64,000 nt of DNA from NCBI RefSeq assembly GCF_041146345.1, contig NW_027191406.1, positions 1,116,001 through 1,180,000 on the forward strand, in the 5' to 3' direction. The notes below the pieces were generated by a model. It was not told where the DNA came from and did not search any database. It saw only the letters and a list, made by a program, of their open reading frames with translations. This DNA comes from Neodothiora populina (lineage: Eukaryota). The translations under genes were made by a program, and so were the position numbers. Positions 26,016 to 39,512 of the stretch are shown here, in pieces (position 1 is the first letter of the stretch; each line of letters starts with the position of its first letter).

Positions 26016-27494
26016 CTGTAAAAAAGAGTCCACCGGTCAGCCCATGTTTCAATCCTCCATTTCGCGGTCTTTCTCATGTCTGGCTCTTGCTCGCCATCAT
26101 GTTTCGGATACGCTTCTGCATCGTCGGTACGTACGGTGACTGAATGTGGTGTCCTGGGTCGTTAGTTGTCGCTGGTGTCGTCAGGTCGAAGATTTCAAAG
26201 ATGTTGCGCTGATGGGGATTTTGGACGACGCTTGTGTGCGGTCCGTGCGCCTTTTCCGGTCCGTCTTATTTCTTGGCGCTAAACTAAGCGAGCATTCGGC
26301 CTGAGGACTTGTGGACCCTGAAGCTCGAATGGTAAAAGTACCTCAGGCAGCCTCAAAGCCCAGCAAACATATCAGCACCGTCTCATCTGTTGTGATGAGT
26401 AGCCAAGTCTTAGTGTAAGGCTGGAAGAGTGCAGTGTGGGTTCAGATGCTTCAGAGCTTCATCGACAGAGGGGCTTCTGGTGTCCAGAAAGTCAATACTA
26501 TGGTCAAATAGTTATTTGCTGTACTACCTGCCAAAGCATGTTCTGTAACTGATCCTACAGAGCCCACTCAAAAAGCTCCCCCATTCTCTTTCTGCAAACA
26601 CCAGATGTACTATCTCGCACTGCGATTTGGAGACTTATGGATACTACTTCTGAATAGATGATCTTCTATTCTAATACCTTCGACACTCATACAGACGATT
26701 GGGTCCATCCCTCTTTCGCTGCTAGATCTGTAGGCTTGAGAAAAAAAACATTTTCAAGATAGAACATAATGCGAATCACTATGCCGTCACTCGTACGGGT
26801 CACTTCCAGGCCTTTGACACTGAGCCATTCGATTCCCACACTTTTTTCCAAGACTATGCTATCCACGGCTAGGAGATGGATATCTGCCAGTCAAAGTGTT
26901 GTACTCAGGTAAGGTAGTCTTGAGGACACGGGAAGTGCGGCAGAAAGACCAGGGTCGCCCCTGCTCAAATACAGTTGCAGCGAAACTTGTTACCGTCTTT
27001 ACGAATCTTGAATGACTGAAGTGCAGTACTTGTAGGTTCTACTAGGCTTGGAAGCCTTACGATTGAATAGAAGCGATCTAACCAGGGAAGAGTAATGATT
27101 GAGGTACTGTATGCTCATAGAACGGGTCAGTGAGTACTGTCCGGTGTTGGTCGACCATCGAGCCGGCACCTCAGTATCGAATGCAGCCTCGATTGTCCGT
27201 CCAGAATGGTGGATGCCATCATGTAGTTCTAACGCCCTCTTGTACCGTACCTACAGTACTGTACGTCTCTGCATTGAGTCATGATGTGATCAAGTCGTGG
27301 CGTATCAGGTAGAGCGCCGGGAGTGGTACCTCGTGTCCCGCGGAGCCCAAGGATGGTGCCAAGCTGGGCTTCTTTTTGACATGGCATCTCATGATTTTCC
27401 CACGAGCGCACAAGGTTGTTGAATACTATTCCTCTACATCTTCTATACCCACCTTCAGCCCTCACATCATCTGAGACTGCCTCAATACGGGATA

Positions 27495-29201
27495 ATGGAA
27501 GGCTTTGAGCATGAAAAGGCACCTGTCCGCCATTCTGCGGAGCACTCGACAGTGACTGACGCGACATCGGAGAAAGATGAAGCTATCGCTATAGTTGGTG
27601 AGAAGGCGCATGCAATTGATCCAGCGGTCGAAAGGCGCATTGTCCGCAAGCTTGATCTCTTCTTACTCCCAGCAATGGTTGTTGGCTATGGACTGGTAGG
27701 TCACTTGTGTATGTATTACTTCTGCAGACGCTGATACTCGTCAGGTATACTGGGACAAGGCTATCCTGGGAAGCGCTGCTCTGCTTGGCATGTCGACCGA
27801 TTTACACCTGACAATCGTGGATCGGTCTACAACCCCTCCTACTACAGACACCCACCGCTTGAGCTGGGCTACTTCTCTGTTCTACTTTGGAATGCTGGCT
27901 GGACTCTACCCTATGAGCTTTGCACTTCAGCGCTTCAATCTTGGTCGGATTCTGGGTGGCGTGGTGGTGACTTGGGGCGCCGTCTGTATGTGTACTGCTG
28001 CTGTGACTGATTATCGCGGACTATACGTCCAGAGATTTTTCCTCGGCTTTGTTGAGAGTGTCATCCCCACCGGCTTCTCCTGCCTGATCACATCATACTA
28101 CACGCAGCATGAACAGACCTTCCGACAAGCGTGGTGGTTCTCCGGAACTGGCTTGTTCACAATCATCGGCAGTGCTATCAACTATGGGTTCGGACGGGTA
28201 ACTGGCGGCGACCTCCATCGTTGGCAGTATCTGTATCTGTTCGCTGGTAGTCTTACTATCCTCTTCGGTGGATGGTGCTTCGCAGTACCGAGTTCGCCCA
28301 TCCATGCATGGTTCCTTACACCTGCGGAGCGGATTGTGGCAGTCGAACGACTGCGCAAAGGACAGACTGGGGTTCGCTGCCAAAAGATCAAGCTCTACCA
28401 GATCAAGGAAGCTTTCCTGGACCTCAAGACCTACTTGATCTTCATCATGATGATGTGCGCCTACACTGTCAATGGTGCTGTGAGTGGGTTTGGCCCGTTG
28501 ATTGTCTCGACCTTTGGCTGGTCGAGCCTGGAATCTATCCTTCTGCAGTTTCCAATTGGTGGTATTGCTTGGCTAGGCATTCTGGCCGCTGGGTTTGTCC
28601 CACTCTACCTCCGCAACACTCGAATCATCATCCTGATTATATGTTGTTTACCCGTCATCGCAGGGTGTGCAATGATCTGGAAGCCAGAATGGACACATCA
28701 TGCAGCTGCTCCAGTGGTCGGATACTCCATCATCGGGTTCTTCGGCCCTGTCGTGTCTTTGGTGATCGCATTGGGAATGACCAACGTTGCTGGAGCTACC
28801 AAGAAAAGCTTCATGTCAGCAGCAATCTTCGTGGCGTACTGCGTCGGTTTGTTCTCTCACCGATCACCGCTGTTTACAATGTGCTAATGTTGAGACAGGC
28901 AACATTGTTGGCCCACAAATGATCAAGTCCGAGACAAGACGTGAGCATTACCCTGAGCTGTGGACCGGACTCATTATCTTCTACTGCATCACTATCGCTG
29001 CGTCCGTAGCCCTGTATTATGTTCTTTGGCGGGAGAACAAGCGTAGAGACACCATAGCCGGTAGCGAAGAAGAAGCTGATCGTCTAGCTTTTCAGGATCT
29101 TACTGACAAGTAAAATGCCCCCTTCCTACCATTTGGGCCGTGTCGACGCAAGAGCTGACTCAAACTACAGAGAGAACCCTTACTTCCGCTACGTCCTGTA
29201 A
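27495..29201 (+). CDS. MFS transporter, allantoate permease (Dal5/ACS) family; introns 27696-27744, 28847-28898, 29110-29170
   Basis: VRKLDLFLLP, YWDKAILG, RFFLGFVES, NVAGATKK, GNIVGPQ and terminal DLTDKENPYFRYVL; many hydrophobic segments. Confidence 0.92.
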
Positions 29202-30497
29202 AGGACACGATGCTAAGACACTGGGTGTGCTTACAACATCTCTCTAGGTCTAGCGTAGATAGCTGCATGGCGGGTGCTTGCCTGTGGTTTTGCTTCTAAA
29301 GCAATCTCACAGCAGGCTGAGAACATACCGTTGAACTTGAACTGGGTAATACCAGCGAAAGGACATGCTTTTCCCCTTCCCCTCTCGCTGTGATGTGATT
29401 CTCTTGTCATACTAGCCACCTCAAGGTAAGTCTTGCTCGTGCTATGCGACTGACGCAGAAGATAGGGCGCTACGGCTCGCCCCTTGCATCTCACCGTGCC
29501 GGAGGGTCGTCACATAAGCGAAACATACTTGTCGTGAGACCCACCATGTCGCACCGTATATGTTCGACAACCATACTGATCATCAGCCATTGAACCCCTT
29601 ATGCCATACCGGCCTCGATTGGGAAGCGTTTGTAATGCTTAAGACAAGCCATCGAAGCGTGCAACGCAGTCGCCATCCCCAGCCACTGTAAGATCTGCCC
29701 ATGAACACCATATCCCACAATAATATGTTGAATCTCCTCGGAATCTTCCCCGGCGGTCTCAGCTGTCATTCTTCTACACATCGTATGAGCAGATGTAATT
29801 ATCCGCGATATCCGTAGACAGCTCAACCAAAACTACACACATCTTCCATCTCAAAACGTGTCACATCTTAAGCAAGTTGATAGGGCTTCTCGAGCCCATC
29901 GTGGTGATGTAGTCCTATCCCTTTGTGTCGTCAGTGTGTATATCCAGAGCTTACCCACACTGTCATATTCGTGAAATAGACGACCAGGGACTAGCCATGC
30001 GGTATGGTCCACGTGCACAGGTCTTTCTGTGCGTCGAGATATCTTAGCAACATGCATCGACCAGGTAATCGCAAGACCTTGTGTAATTGTTGTGCCTGTG
30101 AGATGAGTTACGGAAGTTTCGAACCTCTTACGCAATATGTCTAGGTGTCTATTTTGTTGTAGGACTTGGGAACAAGACGTTGGTCACGGGTTTTCGTGGG
30201 ACACTTGTGTGGTTCAATTGTTGTCCATTTGTGAATGAGGCTGATGGATGGGGGTTTTCGGTGTTTTGTAATGGTGTGATGTTAGATCGTCGAGGTCGAG
30301 GTGGTGATGGGGAGGAAAAGGGGAAGGAGAAGGAGGGGGAGAATGGAGAGGAAGATTGGAGAGAGAAGGGGATCAATATACTTAGAGCTCTCCTTGTCAT
30401 CCTATCTCAGTGGCTAGACAGTCGGTCAGGAACGCATCAATCATGTATGTTGTCATTATGCTACGCTCAAGCTCTGATGTAATGAACATCAGCACCA

Positions 30498-32282
30498 CTA
30501 TAGATCAACCCCATTGAAGCGTCCACGTTGCACCATAGTATGAATAATCACTCGTCCCTGACCGCGATCTTCAAGGTCATCGCGATCATTCTCGATCGCC
30601 CAGTCGGCTTTGTTGACCACAGCAAGTATCTTGAGCCGACATCTTGCCTTGTGAACCATACGCACCAGCAATCGCATCAATTTCCTGCAATGGTCTTGCT
30701 CGTCCTCACGACACAAGTCCGCACGATCTACGACTATATGAATGACCTTAGATTCATCGAAGAGGCTCAAAACTCGCAAGACCACCTTCTCCAGTGCCGA
30801 GAACCTGGTGTTGTCCTTCATTGTGTTTTCTTCGACGTCGCCGTCGCGTAGTGCTCGATACTCTTGAAGTTCGGCGTAGAGCTCGTTGTACTGCTTCTGA
30901 TCTCGCAATACCGTGCTATCTTGCCTCAAGAGCTGGAAGATGATGACGCCCATGGTATCTTCGACGAGTCTCTTTGAGGATTCAGAGAGTAGGCAATAAG
31001 CGAAAAGAGACTTGTCATCTATCTTTGATTGCAGTTTCCCAATCGTTCTCAAGGCAAAAGGAGAAACCCAACAGTGACGGCTGTATTTGTTATGGTTATC
31101 AGCAGAAAGAATGAGTTGAAACGGTTGTTGTCCTGTTAACCAGTCTTGGTATACGGCCTGCGTTTCGAAGCGGTTCATGGTCTGTTCGTCCATTGGCTCG
31201 GATTGAATTGGGTCTTGTTTATCATTTAGATCGTCCCGATATGTGATGAATTCTTTCTTCCTTTTGTCTTCAGAGAAAGTTTCGAGTCTCATTATCTGCT
31301 GCACAAGCTCGAGTCGATGCACGTCGTTTTGCTCTTGAAGCTCTAGATCAATATTAGGATTAGCGGCTACCAATACGAACAGTGGATATGACGACGATAG
31401 AAGTCCCTATCTGCAGACCGACCGACGTGATATGTGACCAACTTACTCTTGTTCGATTCCTCGATTTTGTGCAACTTTTTGTGGATCAACGCTTCAATTA
31501 TCGTCTGTATCTCCTTTAGAAGATTCTGCACTCGCTGCGCCTGGTCCTTGAAGCTGTGAGGCTTTTTGACAGCCCTTGACCACATGTCTGATAAACTCGA
31601 TTTAGCAACTGTGCAGTCATATTAGTACGAGCGAGAAGCCAACCTCTACCATGTCCTCTATAGTAGTTGATAGCTTCGATGCAGAAGTCTGCAAAGGCAT
31701 CATAAGCGGCAAGGACACTAATTTGTAATCTCTGGTCAAGCTCATCCTGGTCACTGTATATGAGGTGATACAGCTTAATTCCAGGCAGTCGAGCGATGAT
31801 CCCAGATATGGTTGACGCGAGACGTCTTTCGATATCATTCTTGCTCTTTGCTACCTAGTACAAAGTTCAGAAAGTCCAAAATCTGGTTAACAAGGTTGAC
31901 AACCCACTGCTAGCAATACTGCAAAGGTTCCTATGGTTGCTCCGATCGCTGCACCGGCTGGAGCAGGTGCGAAAGTTTGCACACAATCAATGAACGGGTT
32001 CATACCATCCATGATATTTTGCATATCAATGGCTGTCTCCTGATATTTCCGTAACCATTTCCTGGATCCGTTCTGCTGCCGACTGTCGAAGTCACCTTTT
32101 GAGCGTTCCACATCCTGCAGGAAGCTTTCAAGCTTCGAAAGAGAGTCGCATTCCGCCGCCTGCTTCTCAACTTCCTGAGAACTCTTGCTAGATCTTATAG
32201 ATTGTATAAGCTGTAGTTGTCGTTCATGGGTCACAAGAGAATGCGATTCGCGTTCAGCGGTGGCGGAGCTTTCTCTGGCCAT
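30498..32282 (-). CDS. Multi-exon hypothetical protein: helical N-terminal domain like those of fungal STAND proteins plus a degenerate NACHT-like domain lacking Walker A
   Basis: Introns 31855-31907, about 31590-31650 (boundaries ambiguous) and 31343-31446 link the ORFs. Spliced text includes RLPGIKLYHLIY..AYDAFADFCIEAINYY, YQDWL..QLILSADN, IIFQLL, IHIVVDRADLC (Walker-B-like) and LKILAV. Domain identity is inferred from motif resemblance. Confidence 0.7.
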
Positions 32283-33389
32283 AATGTATAGCAGTGGGAA
32301 TTGCCTCGATCGATTGGATGATCTGAGGTCCGGAAAGGATCAGACGAGGACCGGAGGTGTAGCACAAGCATTGTACGATGGACCTCAAGGACAAAAGCCT
32401 GTTGACAGGGGCATATCCGATGGCGCGCTCAGTGGATACTAGAAAGGTGCCGATTGATGTGCCTTCCTAATGCATGACTTCTGGGAGACGCCGTGGCGTC
32501 GCCTCGAGCCCTTCTGATAGAGCGCTTCGGACATCTGCCGCCACACAGCAGAGTAGGTTAGGTAGCTGATGACCCTTCTGTGACTATTGTGGAGACATGT
32601 TGCATTGCTGTCAACCACAATCCCCGGCGGATACGTGTTATGCCAATCCATATCTGACAGCGAAGGTTATCGACGTATGTGACAGCCCTGAGTACGGCGT
32701 CCCGCCTCAAATTGCTTGCTGGGTGAGAGACGCCTCTGTGAGCACATTTTTATCTCTGCGACAAATAGCAAGTCTGGCTTTTCGATGCTGCCACCCAGTG
32801 AATTCGTTGAGCATAGCTTAGACCACAGCCTACCTATGATCACGACATGTATCAATAATCGATATATGCCGCTATGAGTAGCAGCGTATTTCCTATCGGT
32901 CCTTGTATCCAATCGAGTCTCGTTTCAGCAACTTACATTGCAGCTTGATGGATCGGACTTGCCTTAGTCTCTTCCATAGAGCCAACATAGCGTCCTGCTA
33001 TCAAAGTAGCGTGAGATGCAGTATCTCGAGGTCCACCCCGCAAGTGATTAATTTACAGTTTGCCCCGTGCTTGCTTCATATGTCTACCAAAGATATTATT
33101 GACCGCGCAATTGCAGACCTGTCACAACGGCAGATACATGAGGCTGCAGTGCGCTGTAACCACACATGCCGTATATTGGTCAGATTATGCGAGAGCATTA
33201 TTGAGTGCATCTGCTAGTCGGAGGTGGCATAGTGGGACAACGCAGGACTGCTCGGGATCGTCCAATCTCCTCACGGATTACAAGGTGTATGATGGCTATT
33301 GGTGGGACGACTCCGTCCTCGCCGTGACGGATTTCAGGCGCTCTTGGTAGGGTTGAAGGCGTAGGAGAGCTAAGGTTTCGAGTTCGGGA

Positions 33390-33395
33390 TATAAA
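33390..33395 (+). promoter_or_regulatory. Putative TATA box of the AAA ATPase gene
   Basis: TATAAA about 90 nt upstream of the ATG at 33483. Confidence 0.45.
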
Positions 33396-33482
33396 GAGTC
33401 AAGATCCGGTAACCATGTATGACTATCGAATCGCTTGAATTTGATAATATCAATCTCGTCAGACGACTACTAGACACGCACA

Positions 33483-36422
33483 ATGGCATCCTTGGTATGT
33501 GACATGCAACTCGCCGCAGGTTATGGAAAGTGTGCTAACCTTATACCATGTGACCAAGGCTTCTCAGAAGAAGATCTGGGCCCTTGAGGCGAGAATTGCA
33601 GCTCTCGAAGAGCAGGTCAATGAACAAGCCATTGCTGCGGGTGAAGGAAGGCCCAATACTTTTACTAGGGTAGCTGAGGTATGCCGGGTTCGACTCGATC
33701 GACTTAATCTTGATGGAGTTGCATTTCCCTGACTACTCCAGATGCTTGCTGGCCTCTCTGTAGCTCCGACCAGGCCAGGATCGCCAAAACAGACTTTAGA
33801 TGCTGTGAGTTTTCCTTGAAACCATGGTGTCAAACGCGCATCGTGCTGAGACCCACAGGATCACATTTCTCCTTCTGCAGAGGTTAGTCAAGACAAAGAC
33901 ATAGGGAGAGGCTTGGACGACTGCCTTACACCTGAAGTATCCTGTGCATCTACAAGCAAGCGTTGTAGATTCATCCGGCTGATGTCCATAGACCAAGAAT
34001 CCTGACAGCCAGGGAGATAAAGCAGAAAATGCAGGACCTGCAAAGCATTCTGCTCCTTCTCGCGCCAGGCATCTTCTCAACCGACGTGACAAGGTGACTG
34101 GAATGTTTAAAGACTATCTGCCGAATGACGAAGAAGCGAGTAATTCTGAAGAAGGTTCCTTTGCGTTCACTCTACGCAAATACGCCCCCGACATTGATCA
34201 AGAACCAGCAGAAATCATCTTCGAGAACAATGGGCTATGGGAGTTGCTGAAAAGTGAACTTAATTATTTTCCGGACCACACTTTTCGAGGTGATGCTAAG
34301 CTGATAAAGTCGCCATATCCTGCATTAGTGTGGAATTGGGATAGACTGGTGAAGCTTGCCAACCAGGAGGTCCTGGAAGAAGATGTGAAGCTGGCACACA
34401 GTGATCTAAAACTTCTATTGACAACGATAGAGACTGATTCCGGAGACAACAGACTCGATAAATACTTCAAGACTCGTGAAGCTAATTTAAGCGAAAAGGT
34501 GGTGACTTACGATAACCTTTGGACAGCCTTTCCCCCTGGGACTTTGGTCTATGGTAGACCCTTCGCAGATAAGCATCAGGTATTTATATCTTTTCCTGGC
34601 AGATCATGGCCTGCGAAAGATAAGTGGTTCCTAGAATGCTGGACGTACGATTGGAATGGTACCGAGTTCGCACGACGTCTTATAGACCTTGCTATCGAGA
34701 AGTTCGATGGCCAGAAGCCACTAACCTCTCTTCCGCATTATCCTTTCGAGCTTCACAAAAATTTCAAAACGCTCGAATTAGAAATGATCGAGCGCGGTAA
34801 AAAGTTCAGAAAGTTGTGCTTGGCGAAACAAACGGACGGAATGTACCACTATGATGGAGAAGCTGTTTTAGGCGGGAAGGGGATATCTAAGAAACGCCGT
34901 GGAGATGACTATGTAAGTACATCGAGTCGCCACTACATTAATAGTCGCATTAATACCGCTACTTCAGGATGATGCAAGCTCAGAGACTTCTGACTCAGAC
35001 GATCTAGACAGAGTATCGAACTCCACGAAGGTAAGCTCAGTATCCCAGAGACCACGGAATTTGACCTCAGACCAGCTGATCTGGAGCTAGGTGTCGGGTA
35101 CAGTAATGGTCGACTTTCAGTCTTCCTTCAAATATGATACGCAAGCGCCCCCCATGGGCCTTGTCCAGACCTGGGAAAACAACGATAGATACCTGTGTGA
35201 CTGTGATGAATGCAGGAATAACCCCGAACTGTCCGTAAAGTACCGTCTCTTTCTCGACGGCAAGAAGGGCAACGAAGACTGGCCGGATGAGCAGTTTCTC
35301 TTATGTCCTCCAAGAGTCCTGGGATACATTTTGTTGCAAAAGCAATGGGCTCAGCTCTACATTGGAGGTCTGAAGAAAGTCGATAGTGAGGATTACAAGG
35401 ATACGTGGAACAACAAGTTGCACCTGGCAGATAATGATGGTACGACGCATACAACGCATACGAAGGATCTGCTTCTGAATCTGGTCCGAAGTCACGGACA
35501 TCCAGCAGTCCGGGACAAAATCCAAGACATCGTGGAGGATAAGGGTAGGGGGTTGGTGATACTACTTTACGGTACACATCGACGTATTTCTGTGCTTACC
35601 TTACCGCCGGAAAAGTGCTGACAAGATTTTTAATAAAGGGCCTCCAGGGGTGGGAAAAACCACCACCGCTGAGACGGTGGCAGGTGCAGTGAGAAAGCCT
35701 TTGTTTCCTGTCGGTGTGACGGATGTAGGTACAAAAGCGAGCAGCGTCGAGACCAATCTGGGAACCATTTTCGATCTTGCTACCAAGTGGGATGCGATTT
35801 TGTTAATGTAAGACGTCCTAGCGCATCAACAGAGATCTCTCACTGATATAGGTTCTCGACAGCGACGAAGCCGATGTATTCCTAGAACGTCGCCAAAAGG
35901 GCCCAGGGAATAATATGGAGAAGAATGCTCTTGTTTCAGGTGGGATATCCTAACGCCGGTCGTAGCACCCCAAGCTGACGTGGACTTGCAGTGTTCTTGC
36001 GCGTGCTCGAGTATTACAAAGGCATCCTGATACTTACTACAAATCAGATTAATTATTTCGATGTCGCCATTCAATCCCGGGTACACATCGCGGTTGAATA
36101 TAGAGAATTGAATCAACAACAGACGATGGCCATCTTTAGGCAATTTCTTGACCAACTTAAAGGAAAAGGCTTTGTGGACGACATGAAGCCCATCACAGAT
36201 TACTTGGAGGAAGACGTCTGCAAACTTCAGTTCGACGGGCGTCAGATCCGGAATATCATGACTTCGGCCGTCGGCTTGGTACATGGAAGGAAAGGAACCA
36301 AGCTGGGGAAAAAAGAGATCAAAGAAGTGGTGAATATCGTCAAATCCTTCAAGGACGATTATGCTCGGCAGTATGATACGTATAAAAAGGATACGAAGGA
36401 AGGCCGTTACCCGTACAGCTAA
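33483..36422 (+). CDS. Fungal AAA+ ATPase with long N-terminal region (multi-exon, about 9 introns)
   Basis: After splicing: GLVILLYGPPGVGKTTTAETVA (Walker A), AILLIDEADVFLERR (Walker B), NALVSVFLRVLEYYKGILILTTN, AIQSRVHIA and FDGRQIRN. Upstream motifs VTYDNLWTAFPPG, VMVDF and LLCPPRVLGY are typical of this Pezizomycotina-expanded family. The 5' small exons are less certain. Confidence 0.9.
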
Positions 36423-37408
36423 TCAGATGTCTCTCGTACTACGAAGGAGTTCGTACTTGGTCAATGACTTCACAATGAACGTGCAATAAATCCTCCATGA
36501 ACGGTCTTTGGTCCCCAAATGATTGTTTCATGACTTCTCAACGAGCGGTGAATGACCGGAGCATGAAATGTCATTAAAGCTTTGAAGAATAGTGAATGGT
36601 TAATGACTGTCCAGTAGAACGTCAATGACCAAAAACGAGCCCCTTTGTAGCTCAGATCAAGTAATTTTAACTAATTATGCCGACTTACCTACTGGTTGTG
36701 CGTGGTAGAAAAACATGAGAGGCAAAACATACAGCAGCTGGAATTCCCACGTGGTCACCCACCGTAGTACTACTCAGCCGGTCAACTGCTTATATCTGGC
36801 AGAGCGGACGGGATGCCCAGTTCTCAGCTGCCTGTGGCCGTATGTAAGAAAACGATGTTAATTCATAATTCATATACCTTCCATATCGATAGCACGAATC
36901 GTAAAGACGTACTGCCTCGGTGACAAGGTGGAAGCTGCGTATGTCCTGTCCCGCACAGTACGACTGTCCATGAATATCGATGGAACTCCATGTTGATATG
37001 TCAAGTCAACTACTAGAGAGCGATCTCGTATCGCCAGTTTTGTAGATCATGGAGCGAAGACGGAAGGTTAAGACGACTACTGTGCATCTCCGCTCGAAAC
37101 ACAAACTTGACGCTTACCTGTGTTTTCCCCACCTGCCCGACGGCGATAGGCCTATCAACACTACATCTTCCCCGCACATACAGTACAGTTTACCCTAACC
37201 TTATCTACGCTACACAATGACTGTACGGTGTTGTAATGGATGACAAGCGTAAATGATTCTGATCGCCTCCAGTCTTTTTTGAGACCGCATTGTACGAAGT
37301 ATCCTCCGCACATTCCTCCATATCCATATCTATTGTTATCCATCGCATAACCCATATGTAGAACTCTATCTCGTCCAACACCCGAGTATCTAATACAAAA
37401 TCATCATT

Positions 37409-39391
37409 ATGGCAAAGTCTTGGGAAGAAGTCGCCGCCGACAAGCGTGCGAGAATCGCAAAGAGTATCCCTTCCGTATGGAAGATTGATACAAGCAGTCT
37501 CTCCGACAATGTCATGGATGTGCCTGAAAAATGTGGCCTTCTCTCCTCCGAAGAGCTGGCAATCACGAATTCAACTGCTGTCGAATTAGTCGAGAAGATG
37601 GCTACAGGAAAGTTGAAGTCTGTGGACGTGACGACCGCGTTTTGCAAAAGAGCTGCTGTAGCTCAACAAGTGGTGAGAACACCATTACGAAAAGGTCTCG
37701 AGGATGTCGTACATGATATTTACTGACAGTTGGACAGACCAATTGTGCTCTCGAGTTTTTCCCAGAGATGGCATTGAAGCAGGCAAAGGAGCTTGATGAT
37801 TTCTACGAGAAGAATGGCAAGACTGTTGGACCATTGCACGGGTTACCAATCTCTCTGAAGGATCAGCTTCGCGTCAAGGTACGTATACACCGTCTACCTC
37901 TGTCTCGATGGTCATTTTGTGAGCCGTACAGGACTAGACAGAGGTTCTCTGCATCCTTGTCGGATTGCTAATGTGTGTACAGGACCTTGAGTGCTCCATG
38001 GGATACGTTGCTTGGATTGGCAAATACGACGAGAAGGATTCAGTCTTGACCAGTCTACTGCGTAAGGCAGGGGCAGTCTTCTACATCAAAACCTCTGTAC
38101 CGCAGTCGTTGATGGTAATATATGTCCTCGATAAGCTTTCTATCCATATCACTGATTCAAGCAGGTTTGCGAAACCATCAACAATATCAGCGGACGTACT
38201 GTGAATCCTCGCAACAAGAACTGGTCATGCGGCGGAAGTTCTGGCGGAGAGGGCGCCAATGTGGGCATCAGGGGAGGTATCATTGGTGTTGGTACCGATA
38301 TCGGTGGTTCCATTCGTGTCCCATCTGCTTTCAATTTCCTATACGGGTATGAATTCACCAAATTATAGCCTTTGGTTGTTACTGCGCTGATAAGATATTG
38401 CAGGTTGCGTGGAAGCCATGGCCGTCTGCCATATGGAGATATGGCGAATAGTATGGAGGGTCAAGAGACCGTGCACAGTGTGGTTGGCCCACTCACTCAT
38501 TCAGTGGCGGACATGAGACTATTTGTGCAGTCGGTACTAGCTGAAGAGCCCTGGAAATACGACTCGAAAGTCGTGCCCATGCCATGGCGACAGACCGAAG
38601 ATGACAAGGCAAAGCAGAAAATTGCATCCAAGGGGCTGACTCTAGGATTCTTCAATTGTGATAGTGTGGTGATGCCCCATCCCCCTATCCTGCGAGGTGT
38701 GGAGACTGTCGTGTCCACACTGAAGGAAAACGGCCACAAGGTCGTTCCATGGAAGCCTTACAAGCATGACTACGCAGTCGATCTCATTGGGGGTATCTAC
38801 GGCGCTGATGGTGGCAAGGACATCCACGCCGCATTGCAAGCGTCAGGCGAGCCTGCTATTCCAAACATCGACGATCTAGTCAGTCCCGAATTGCCAGGTG
38901 TAGATATCAACGGCGCATGGGAAGTGCAGCGACAAAAGTGGCAATACCAGAACGAGTATCTCGAGCAGTGGCGACAGATGGAGGAGAAATTGGGCTGCGA
39001 GATGGATGCATTTATCGCTCCTATCACACCTACCGCGGCGATACGACACAACCAGTTCAAGTATTATGGCTATGCGTCTGCGATCAACCTGCTCGACTTC
39101 ACCAGTGTGGTGGTACCAGTCACCTTTGCGGACAAGGATGTCGATAAGAAGGACGAGAACTTCAAACCATTGAACAAGATCGATGGAATTATTCAGGCCG
39201 AGTGTGAGTTTGTGCAACAAACCTTACGACCAAACATATAGCTAACCTGGATTCCAAACATAGATGACCCTTCGGCGTATCACGGCGCTCCTGTCGCTGT
39301 GCAGATTGTGGGTCGTCGACTGTCTGAGGAGAAGACAATGGCGATTGCGGAGGAGATTGGGAAACTTCTGGGAAATCAAGTCACTCCCTAG
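37409..39391 (+). CDS. Amidase-signature enzyme, acetamidase (AmdS)-like, multi-exon
   Basis: [12 protein letters not shown] (catalytic Lys), [24 protein letters not shown] and terminal [19 protein letters not shown]; several canonical introns. Confidence 0.93.
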
Positions 39392-39512
39392 AGAGGTACG
39401 AGGCTGGATAATATACTGGACGACTCATACCTCGATCGGCAGCGATCTTGATGGTAAGGAGAGAAATGTATGGGTGGGATTAACCAGCCTTGATATCCTC
39501 TATTGTATGAAC

